Below are positions 45,860 to 64,000 of a DNA stretch of 64,000 nt, piece after piece (the stretch's first letter is position 1; every line of letters starts with the position of its first letter). This DNA comes from Octopus vulgaris (Eukaryota), in contig OX597843.1 of the NCBI GenBank assembly GCA_951406725.2, forward strand, positions 18,910,001 through 18,974,000. The letters are read 5' to 3'. A program made the translations under genes and the position numbers. The notes beneath the pieces are model-generated. The model ran no database searches. It was given only the letters and a program-made list of their open reading frames with translations, and was not told the DNA's origin.

Positions 45860-46450
45860 CTAACACTAAACCCCAACCTAACCCCAAACCCTACTCCTAA
45901 ACACTAATCCTAAATACTAACCTTAATCTCTAAAGTTAATCCCTAAACCCAAACCCTAATTCTAACCCTACCCATAACCCTAAACTCTAACTTTAAACCC
46001 TAATCCTAATCATAAAACGCTAACCCACAAACATTAAGTTAAAACTAAACCCTTCCTAAACCCTGGCCTTAACCTTAAACCCTAATCCTAATCATAAAAT
46101 GCTAACCCACAAACATTAAGTTAAAACTAAACCCTTCCTAAACCCTGGCCTTAACCTTAAACCCTAATCCTAATCATAAAACGCTAACCCACAAACATTA
46201 AGTTAAAACTAAACCCTTCCTAAACCCTGGCCTTAACCTTAAACCTTAATCCTAATCATAAAATGCTAACCCACAAACATTAAGTTAAAACTAAACCCTT
46301 CCTAAACCCTGGCCTTAACCTTAAACCCTAATTCTAAACCTAAATCCTGACCCTAAAACCTAGGCCTAATCACCAAAATAACCTTAACTTTAATCCTAAA
46401 TACTAATTCTAACCTTAATTTCCTAATTTCCAATTCTAACTTTAAAACTT
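45860..46450. repeat. Telomere-like (CCCTAA-rich) tract with four 82-bp tandem units
   Basis: Units start at 46001, 46083, 46165 and 46247; only two units in copy B (53978, 54060). Confidence 0.85.
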
Positions 46451-47020
46451 ACAATAATTCTAACCGATATGACAACGTTTCACAATATTCACTGCAATAT
46501 TGACTACGGAAGACCACATCACTTTTACTTCCGGAACTTTCTGAAAGCAAAATAATAAATAAATAGAGAGGAAAAAAAATTAGGGCTGGATTTTCGTCGG
46601 ACGATATCTGGAAGTATATAAACTGTGGATAGCAAAAGAATGTTCCAGAAATATCACAGAATAAAAATTATCAATGAAGAATCGTGGCTGTAAATTGTAA
46701 ATTAATCATTCTTAGAAAAATGGCGGTGTTTGATGTAAAGGGTCGATAAAGGGTTAAAGATGAACGAAAAACAAAACTTCCGGTTAATAAGTCCTTGCGG
46801 TGTTTTAAAAAGAAAATATGAGAAAATCAGGTGAAAAGACAAAAAACTCAGAAAAATAAAAAGGATATCTACAAAAATAAAACAAAATTTGGCTTAGAGT
46901 TTTTTTGTGTGTATAATTGTGTTTGTTGTTGTTGTTGGTGGTGCCATTGTTTCATATATGTATGTATACTTTCACATGGACACATGTAAATATATATATA
47001 TGTATGTATGTATATATATG

Positions 47021-47069
<49 letters not shown>

Positions 47070-47183
47070 GTATGTATGTATATGTATACATATAAGCATA
47101 CATGTATATATATACACACATACATACATGTATATATGTATATATATACATGTATGCTTATATGTATACATATACATACATAC

Positions 47184-47267
<84 letters not shown>

Positions 47268-47372
47268 TATATAATATTAATTAGAGACAAAACCACTATT
47301 ATGTAAATCAAATAAAGAAAGACTTAATCCAATACATAAAAATATTCTATAAAATAAATATAATTAAGATAT

Positions 47373-47418
47373 CCACTACGATCGTTTCTTGTCACTTCTA
47401 TGGACATTCATCAGGTGG
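47373..47418 (-). ncRNA. Type I hammerhead motif, same family as 795-838, inside an inverted-repeat element
   Basis: Minus strand: ccac CTGATGA atgtc..gacaa GAAA cgatcg TA gtgg; flanked by inverted repeat 47270-47300/47461-47492. Confidence 0.7.
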
Positions 47419-47569
47419 TTTCAAGACCTTCTTTGCAATTTTTAACCGATGAAGTTAAATAATAGTGGTTTTGTCTCTAATTAATATTATATAATATTTT
47501 ACTATAAAATTGGATTCAATCCTAAATCTGATTTTTCCTTGTAAATTTGGATTATTCCCTAATATTTAT

Positions 47570-47625
<56 letters not shown>

Positions 47626-47709
47626 TATATATATAAATTAAATTAGAGATAAAACCACTATTAGACAACTCAAACAGTGATAGACATAAAGTTTGGATAT
47701 ACTCCCTAA

Positions 47710-47743
<34 letters not shown>

Positions 47744-48071
47744 TTTATATATATATATATATATATATAAATAACCATGTATGTATATATTTGTGCGTGT
47801 GTGTATGAATATACTGAGTACATATTATATGGGTTATATATCTGCCTATATTCACATATAATCATGCATATACTCATGTATTTACATATCTATCTATTTA
47901 TATACACATAATTAAGAGATCAGCAAAAGTGGCTTCACCGCATACCGAAATTTAGAAATAGCAGTGAAAACTACTAATTCTTCTACTACAATATATCTCC
48001 ACAGACAGTTATACTCGTATCTGACATAGGCAAAAAGAAGAAAAAATAACGAAACTAACCAGCCTTAATTA

Positions 48072-48130
48072 ATCGTGTACGCGTTTCAGGATTAGAATGG
48101 CGTAAAATTCATTTCCCTCTTCAGCATGAT
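48072..48130 (-). ncRNA. Type I hammerhead motif
   Basis: Minus strand: atcatg CTGAAGA ggga...tcct GAAA cgcg TA cacgat. Confidence 0.6.
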
Positions 48131-48283
48131 ATTCTAAGATTATAAATTTGAAAATGCTAACAAACTTATGCACGCTCGATCAGGGGGAATTACAACCGTG
48201 TTTCGTGGTCTGCTACCATAACAACTCCTTTATAGGATCCAGTTAACTCAAGACATCATCAGGAGGAACCACGTGTTGGGTGC

Positions 48284-55873
<7,590 letters not shown>

Positions 55874-56289
55874 GGTAGATAATAGGGTTGAATGACCCCG
55901 CTCAAACATAAGAGTGTGTGTGTGTGTGTGTGTATGAGAAGAGTGTGTGTGTGTTTATGAGAGAGTATTAGTGCGTATGAGAGGTCTAGACGTGTGTATG
56001 TATATATGATGTGATGTGTAAAGTCGTATGGTGTAGTGTAGAGAGAGGAGAAGAGGGGGGGAAAGAAAGGGGAGAAGAGGGGAGAAGGAAAGGGGAGAAG
56101 AGGAGGGGGGAGAAGGAAGGAGAGGAGAAGAGGAGGGGAGGGGAGGAGGGAGGAGGGAGGATAGAGGGAGAGGGGGAGAGAGAAGGGGAGTGAGGGAGCA
56201 GAGAGAAGGGGAAGAGGGAAGAAGGAGGGAGGGAGAAAGAGGGAAGAAGGGAAGAGATACATACATACATACATACATACATACATACA

Positions 56290-56826
56290 TTATTATGGCT
56301 GCCCCCTCATTATCGAGTATGGCCATTGCACGAAGCTTAACTGTTACTGGTGCTGTGATCAAATGTGACTTTTTAGCCCAGCTAAAGATCTACAATGTCT
56401 TGTACAGAATTGGCAGCTATAACCTTTTCTGGTAACAGCCGACTGTAGTTGTAACTGGGCTTCATGTACCTTTGCATGTCGTTTAAATCCTCCTGCCGAA
56501 TTACACTCTCTTCCACATGCCCGACAGATATGATTAGTATGGTTTGTTACACCACCACCAGTGGCCAGGTTGTCACTCATCTGTCTCGCTTTATGACTAC
56601 GAAGATGACTCTTGAGTCCAGCTTTACTGAGGCAGGTTCTTGCACAGACACTGCATGTCAGAATCAAAGGAAGACCCTTCCCATCTGGAAGTGTAACAGC
56701 GATGCCCTTCCTGACATATCTCCTTACTTTCTCATGTGCAACTCGAGATTTCTCAAAAGTGGCTGTCCCCTCAGGCACAATCCTTCTCCACCTGCTACGA
56801 TCAGTAGCTATGCCTTCCCATGTGTC
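56290..56826 (-). mobile_element. RTE-clade LINE 3' fragment with three C2H2 fingers
   Basis: DTWEGIATDRSRWRR..CSVCARTC..GLKSHLRSH..CRACGREC..RHAKVH..CQFCTRHC..KSH; short TAA tail. Confidence 0.8.
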
Positions 56827-57019
56827 ATACATACATACATACATACACACATACATGCATGCATGTATATATGTATACATGTTATATATATATATATATA
56901 TGTGTGTGTATGTGTGTGTGCACATTATTGACATCACAAGAATTCTACAAGCATTCGGGAGAACGTGAAATATTTCTACTTTAAAATAACAGCTCTTGAA
57001 GTACACAGAAAGCTATTAA

Positions 57020-57604
57020 CCCCTTACCCGGCAGAAACGAATATATGCGTTTTGACCGAAATCGTTTTTTTCTATCTCTGGCAAGTTAACTCGTCAAAAG
57101 ATAGACTCGCCAAAATCGACAGCAAACGAGTTCCTTTGTCTATTATAAACTCTTTTTTGACATATACGAGTATATTCGCTCACTTTATACGTCTGGCAGT
57201 GACGATTTCTGCCACCTTTCGCTTGAGTAAGGCATTGAAGACCGAGTATGATTTAGTCACCTGGAGACAGTCGAAGGGTTGGAAGGCACATTTTATGAAT
57301 AGAAGTATTCACTTTGTTTTTACGTTGTTGTTTTTTTATACCTTTATATTATAACCCCACCATGTCGATAACCAAATAAAATAACATGATTTTTTGTAAA
57401 AGTAATATGATTTATGAAAAAAACGGGTTAACTCGTTTCTGCCCAAAGCGGTAATTTAAAATCAATATTATTGAATTAAAATTCATAATAGTTAAGATTT
57501 GAAATATACCTCGAAATCAGCATTCAAAACATAGTAAAATAAAACAATTAAAAAATATGTCTGAAAAAATACATTTATTTTCAAAATAATTGTTGGGTAA
57601 GGGG
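57020..57604. mobile_element. piggyBac-type MITE
   Basis: TTAA on both sides (57016-57019, 57605-57608); TIR CCCCTTACCCGGCA / TGTTGGGTAAGGGG (12 of 14 match); no ORF of note. Confidence 0.8.
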
Positions 57605-57760
57605 TTAATAAAAGTATATAAACGGTTTTTCAACCCAATATTTACATGCTATCGTTGATATCTTTATGTGTGGTGTTCGAGAAACATCATTCCAATATAT
57701 ATAAACATGCATACATATATATTCATATACATATACATGCACACATATACATACATATAC

Positions 57761-57829
<69 letters not shown>

Positions 57830-58072
57830 GGTAAGCAGAGTTAGGGTTTGGAATAACCGTCTAAGTGATGAGAATATCCTTTCTTACTACCGGTATCATT
57901 TACCTATGTTGACCCTGGGCATGGATATGCAGGCACACTATGCTCATAGAGTACAGGTAATAACTGAATAAACTAAAGTTTATCAGGAATCAAATTTAAA
58001 TAATCAAAAATGGACAAAACTTTTGATCAACAAATTGACCAACATCGGTTGATTATTTTTTAATACAAAACA

Positions 58073-58186
58073 CTTCTTACGGCCGTTTCGGCTGCCAATA
58101 TCAGTTGGTACTTACGAAAGAAATTCCAAAAATGATATTCGTCATCATCATATTCGATCTGGTACATGGAGCTTCATCAGAGTGAA
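58073..58186 (-). ncRNA. Hammerhead-like motif with long stem II insert
   Basis: Minus strand: CTGATGA agc...gcc GAAA cggccg TA ag. Confidence 0.45.
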
Positions 58187-58869
58187 TAAAATTCATAAAA
58201 CAAAAGAAGGGAAGAGGGGAAAAGGAAAGAACAGGGCCTCGAGATGAGGCCAGAAGACTCAATATATTAGAATCATCCCATTTTGCAGTGAAGCACGAAG
58301 TCGATAGAATTTTTTGCCTATCATGAGTGTATGTGTGCGTGTATACAGAAATAAAATAAAATATAATAAAATAAGATCGATAAAAAAGGGGGAAACAGGG
58401 GAAAAGGGGTAGGGTACATGATGTAAAAATAAGAAATTAATAAAAATTACAAAAAATAACAGATACAAGATAAAAAATTAAATAATTAAAATTAAAGGAA
58501 TAAAAAAGAAATTAATACAATTATAAAAAAAGTCATGCAATTATAAAGTTAAACAATTCGATGGAAAGAAAACGATAAAAAATCGAAAAAAAGGGTAAAA
58601 GTGTAAAAAATTGGGTATAAGAGAGGATAAAATAAGATAAAATAAATAAAAAGTTTTATTAAATCTCTGAACGAGATGTAAACAGTAACCGCTCGACAAC
58701 GTAAAGTATACTAGCCATCTCAATATGGCTAACCACAAAGGGTGGGTGTTACTGTAGCTTTTAACTCCAGGAGATCATCGTCTCCAGCTGGCTTTAGGCA
58801 CACTATCTGTGTCCTTATGGTATTTGCAAAGGGAGGCCATCCCTTTCTCGTAAGCCTAAGTGATACGCA

Positions 58870-60470
58870 CCGGATCGCAGTTTCGAGGTTGTGTTGAGTC
58901 CGAAAGGAATTTGTGTTTGTAGACTGAAAATGTAACGCTGTTCCAGGCGGAGTCGGGAGTTAGTGGATCGGTGGTGCAGGGCGAGGCCAAACACGGAGAT
59001 ATTAGAGGTAAAGAGGTTGGCCCGGCGGAAATGACGGACAACGGGTGTGTTCGTGCGTAGCCGAACATCTCTAGCTGGAGACGACGGACGAAGGGGTAGG
59101 GTGGAGGGGTGGAAAGGGGTGCGGTTAGAGGATTTGTGCGGGGAAAGAGAGAGGGTGGTGGTGCGATCGATTAGACGACGCGGGCAAGGTACTAGGTTTC
59201 GAAATCCTTGTCCCGGCTGCACAAGCGTAGGAGGAAGAGGAACTGAGAGTAGGGGATGGCTCATTTGGTGTTGGAGGGGTGGGAGGAGGAAAAGTTGAGG
59301 GAGAGGTAACAATCTATGGGTTTGTAGAAAGCGGAGGTGGTGAGAGAGTGGAAGGGGGGGTTAATGGTAAGAGAGATATCAAGGAGGTTAACCGAGGTGT
59401 TAGAGATGGTAGAGGTAAATTGGAGATAGGGATGGATGTTAGAGAGGAAAGAGATGAAGTGGCAGAGTTGTTGGCGGGAGAGGGTGGTGGCACCTATGCA
59501 GTCGTCTATGTAGCGGCCGTATAGCTCTGGGGTCGGTCTGGGGAATTGGGAGAATACTAGGACCTCAATGTGACCAACAAATAAGTTGGCGAAATTGGCA
59601 TCCATTCTCGTTCCCATAACGACCCCGGATATTCGCTGGTAGATCTCCTCGGCAAACGTAAAGCATTTGAAAGTGAGGGCGAGCTCTGCCAGACGAAGAA
59701 AGGTGGAGGTTCTGGGTGTAGAGTGAGGGCGACGGTCGAGGAAGTATTGGAGGGCTAAGAGACCGTCGTTGTGGGGAATCACCGTGTATAGGGATTTACT
59801 GTCCAAGGTGAAAAGAGATATGAGGGGCCGGGAGAGAAGGAAAAGGAATTGAAAAGGCGAAGGGCGTGATTGGTGTCATGTATATAGATGGGAGGGCAGC
59901 AACTAAAGAGGCGAGGATGCGGTCAAGGTACTTAGAGATGAGTTCTGTGGCACAATTGCGAGCGGAAACAATGGGGCAGCCAGAGTTGTCGGGTTTATGT
60001 ATTTTGAGAAGGAAATAGAATGTGGACGATGAAGTTGGTGGTGGTGGTGGGGGAGAGCAGAAGAGGAGGCGAGGTCATGGATGGTGGAGGACACGTGCTG
60101 TTGGCAGGAGGCGTGGGGTAGGAGGGTGGGAGTAGGAGGGGTGGGGTCGAAGGGGAGAAGGCGATAGAAGAGGGAGTTTCGAAGCCGGCTGAGCGCTTCC
60201 TCCCTGTATAAGTCTGCGCGTCACACCACCACTGCTCCACCTTTGTCTCCTGGCTTGACGACAATGTTGTTGCGGCGAGGGAGGTCGCGAAGGGCGATCG
60301 ATTCAGCCCGGGTGATGTTGGCCCGGAGGGATCGGTCGACCAGCGCATTGCAGTCGTGCACGGAACTGGCTTGGAGGCGGCGTCTAGTCGGATGGGTCGC
60401 GCCCCAGCACCGAGGGGCAATCCTGATTGTCGTGACGATGTGTACACGTGTGGAAAAACGTGCGCAGTTT
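58870..60470 (-). mobile_element. Penelope-like element (RT + GIY-YIG remnant), GC-rich family
   Basis: IVVKPGDKGGAVVV, TLDSKSLYTVIPH, GVVMGTRM..ANLFVG, RYIDD, SSHP, RLRLEQRYIFSLQTQIPFGLN; frameshifted. Confidence 0.85.
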
Positions 60471-60922
60471 TTCAATGATCGTCGAAGGACAAGGCTGCGG
60501 AAACACGAGGGTAGGTGTATGTTCCTGATCATTTTGGGAATTATGTCTTTTTTTTTAGGCAGCGTTTAAGAATTTGGCATCCGATTTTAGCACCTAAAAT
60601 CGGATTTCGCAGCCTAGCCCTTCGACGATCACTGAAAGAGAGAAAAAAGTAGGGGGAAAGAGGAAGCTGCACGTATAATACGTAACTTAGAAGCAGCGCT
60701 ACGGATGTACCAACGCACACGAGATTGATACATGGCCGACCTCACACACTTCTCATGAGGAATTCCGGGAGGAGCATCGTGGGACCACTGCTGAGACGCA
60801 AAAAAAAAAGGAAAGAAAAGCCGTTGGAAAACCGATTATAGCAGCGACTCCATCTAAGAATATCTGATGAAGGAATATTATACCGAAATATAAAATATAT
60901 ATAATGTATGTATGTATGTATA

Positions 60923-61138
<216 letters not shown>

Positions 61139-61304
61139 TATATATATATATACATATATATATGCATATACTATGGATGACTAAATTACAACAGGTATAC
61201 TCAGCCCATTGTCTGTAATATAGTGCATTGTTGAACCATTCAAATCTTTTTATTCTTTACAAATAATACACAATGCTTCATGCGAACTACAATACTCTCC
61301 ATAT

Positions 61305-61580
61305 ATGTGGTTAGAGCAGCGGACTCGCAGTCGTAGGATCGCGGTTTCGATTCCCAGACCGGGCGTTGTGTGTGTTTATTGAGCGAAAACATCTAAAAGC
61401 TCCACGAGGCTCCGGCAGGGGTAGGTGATCCCTGCTGTACTCTTTCACCACTCTCTCTCTCTCTTCTGTTGGTCTGCTCGCTTAGCCAGCGGGGTGGCGT
61501 CGTTCGGAGGCTAAAACAATGCGAACGCATTGTGACCAGCGATGTGTAGCAACATCTCATGGTCTGGTCGGTCACGTGAT

Positions 61581-61590
<10 letters not shown>
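61305..61590 (+). mobile_element. tRNA-derived SINE of another family
   Basis: GTGGTTAGAGC A box, GTTTCGATTCC B box, body GAGCGAAAACATCTAAAAGCTCCACGAGG; ends in (TA)n. Confidence 0.65.
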
Positions 61591-61628
<38 letters not shown>

Positions 61629-62128
61629 GAGCAAAACGCCCCCTCTCAAAACAACTGGTTCAACTGTCCCATAGGCCTTCCCTTTAAGAAACATTGATTT
61701 AACCTAAATTTGAGGCACCAGCAAAAGAAGAAATAAAGATAGACTTATTTTCTATTCCAAAGAAAAACGATTTTATCCACACAAATATGCAACCGAAGAG
61801 TTTAAAGTACCAGTAATGATAAGGCTGTTGACGGGGAGAACACAAACATGGTTTAAACACTAAGCTTGGCAGGAAAGAAACGTGCCTTTAAGCAGTACAA
61901 AAACATCAAAAAATGGAAGGTGCAGTTATGTACAGGTTGACGGTAGAAAAGCAGGACAAAAACGGCTTTATTGATCACATTCTCACCTGGAATCAATTTC
62001 TGTCATTTTTTCAAGACTTTTACACGCCCTGATACCGTCGGTATCTACATATCAAATTTGAGCGCAATCGGATGGAGGATGCCCGAGATGCTGGAAGACA
62101 CACAGACAGACGGAACGGATTTTATATA

Positions 62129-62163
<35 letters not shown>

Positions 62164-62555
62164 CACATACACGAGAGAGAATCTTTGCGTCTGTGCTTTT
62201 CCCCATTACACCGCTTGACAACCGATGTTGGTGCGTTTACGTCCCGGTTCGGCCCGAGAGACCGATAGAATAAGTAATAAGCTTTAAAAAGAAGTCCTGG
62301 GATCGATCCATTCGACTAAGAATTCTTAAAGATGGTGCCCCAGCATGGCCGCAGTCAAATGACTGGAACAAGTAATAGAATGAATGTGAAAGATGGTACA
62401 ATCCTCCATTTTTATTTAAATTTCTCCAATCCACATTAGATGGTGTAGTCCTCGGTACACTATGTTTTGATAAAAGACATGAAGATCACGGTTTGAATAG
62501 CTTCGATCAAAGGACTGACCAGGGACGAAACACAACATCAATAACAAGTGAGGAT

Positions 62556-62900
62556 ACATTAGATAATGTAGTCCTTGGTATACTATGCCTGAAAATAAGA
62601 CAAGATAGTTACGTGTGGAACATCTTCGATTATAAGTCTGCTGGATCAAGGCTGACAAGGAAGGACACATTAGATAATGTAGTCCTTGGTATACTATGCC
62701 TGAAAATAAGACAAGATAGTTACGTGTGGAACATCTTCGATTATAAGTCTGCTGGATCAAGGCTGACAAGGAAGGACACATTAGATAATGTAGTCCTTGG
62801 TATACTATGCCTGAAAATAAGACAGACTGGTCTAAGATGGAACGTCTTTGATCATAAGTGTGCTGCATCAGGACCGACCTGGGGCTAAACAACAACAGCA
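62556..62900. repeat. Three 111-bp tandem units ending in (CAA)n
   Basis: Units start at 62556, 62667 and 62778 (ACATTAGATAATGTAGTCCTTGGTATACTATGCC); diverged fourth copy at ~62433. Confidence 0.85.
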
Positions 62901-63158
62901 GCATCAGCAACAACTACAACAACAAACTAATAAAGAGAGATTATCAGCTTAATGATACACACACACACGTGCACACAGCGGACACACATTCCACATTCGC
63001 TTTCATTTACCATTTAATCGTATGAAATCTTTTGATCTGTGGACATTATGAAGACAATTGCAAACGCAGCAGGGAGGACGGAGTGTATGTATATGCGTGT
63101 ATATTTGTATGCATACATATACATACATACATACATATATATATATATATGCATACAT

Positions 63159-63227
<69 letters not shown>

Positions 63228-63562
63228 CATACATATATATATATATATGCATACATATATATATATATATATATATGCATACATACATACGTAAAGAGCT
63301 AGAACGAAAGTTAATTAATCTGAATGAATCCTCAGGTTTTTAATTATACGTACGTTTGTACATACATATACATACATACGTGCATATTCGTATGTATGTA
63401 TACATTTATATACAATATCTACATGTATATATACATACATATGTGCATATGTATACTTACATATATGCACTGATATGTATGTGTATATACTTATATACAT
63501 ACATATAAATGTGTATATCTACATAAATATACATATATGTATGATATATATATTTCTCTATG

Positions 63563-63599
<37 letters not shown>

Positions 63600-63602
63600 A
63601 GT

Positions 63603-63895
63603 GAAGGCGCGTGGCTTAGCGGTTAGGGCATTCGATCGAGAGTTCAATTCCCAGCGACGCGTTGTGTCCTTGAGCAAGACACTTTATTTCACATTGCTCC
63701 AGTCCACTCGGCTGGCAAAAATGTGTAGTACCTGTATTTCAAAGGGGCCAGCCTCGTTACACATTGTGTCACGCTGAACATCCCCGAGAACTACGTTAAG
63801 TGTACGCGTGTCTGCGGTGTGCTCAGCCGAGCAAGCTGTTCCGTTGACCACATCACCTGGGACTCTCGTCGTCTTAACTGACGGGCTGCGCCTCT
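63603..63895 (+). mobile_element. tRNA-derived CORE-type SINE
   Basis: GGCGCGTGGCTTAGCGGTTAGGG head, GTTCAATTCC, GTGTCCTTGAGCAAGACACTTTATTTCAC. Confidence 0.75.
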
Positions 63896-64000
63896 TATAT
63901 ATCTATATATATAAACACACAGACTCACACTCATACCTAAACTTCTCTTCCTCCCACCCCAAACACACCAAGCTTTCCATCCCCTATTCCCAATTCCTCC

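Noticed and set aside
45860-46450. True telomere or chromosome fusion site
   Set aside because: Hexamers are highly degenerate, single orientation, organised in 82-bp units.
62416-62913. ORFs with 37-aa repeats; CRISPR-like periodicity
   Set aside because: 111-bp whole-unit tandem repeats with no unique spacers, in a eukaryotic repeat context; open on both strands by chance.

Overview
AT-rich, microsatellite-saturated animal genomic DNA. The SINE families resemble those of octopus (inferred, not database-checked). Almost all short ORFs in the track are microsatellite artefacts. One spliced host gene can be reconstructed on the + strand from seven phase-compatible GT-AG exons (4623-4701, 15083-15580, 26005-26161, 28124-28224, 33613-33741, 38038-38168, 45427-45609; 1278 nt, 425 aa). 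It encodes a signal peptide, a small 4-Cys domain, a Thr/Pro mucin stalk and a chymotrypsin-fold (S1A) domain with all three catalytic-triad residues replaced, i.e. a secreted pseudo-protease. Its last exon lies in a recent ~8 kb tandem duplication (second copy 53404-53586). The two copies are near-identical in the flanks but differ by 9 amino acids, 8 of them in a 10-codon stretch around the Cys220-equivalent, suggesting alternative terminal exons with a hypervariable binding loop. Introns and flanks hold a near full-length Tx1-clade LINE and a truncated copy, both nested in (TATC)n. They also contain Penelope-like (Naiad-type and other) fragments, many type I hammerhead ribozyme motifs, R4/Dong, Hero and RTE LINE fragments (one with a twin-priming-type inversion), a Gypsy integrase+LTR remnant, a piggyBac-type MITE, Helitron-like ends and several tRNA-derived SINEs, one sharing its 3' tail with the Tx1 LINE.
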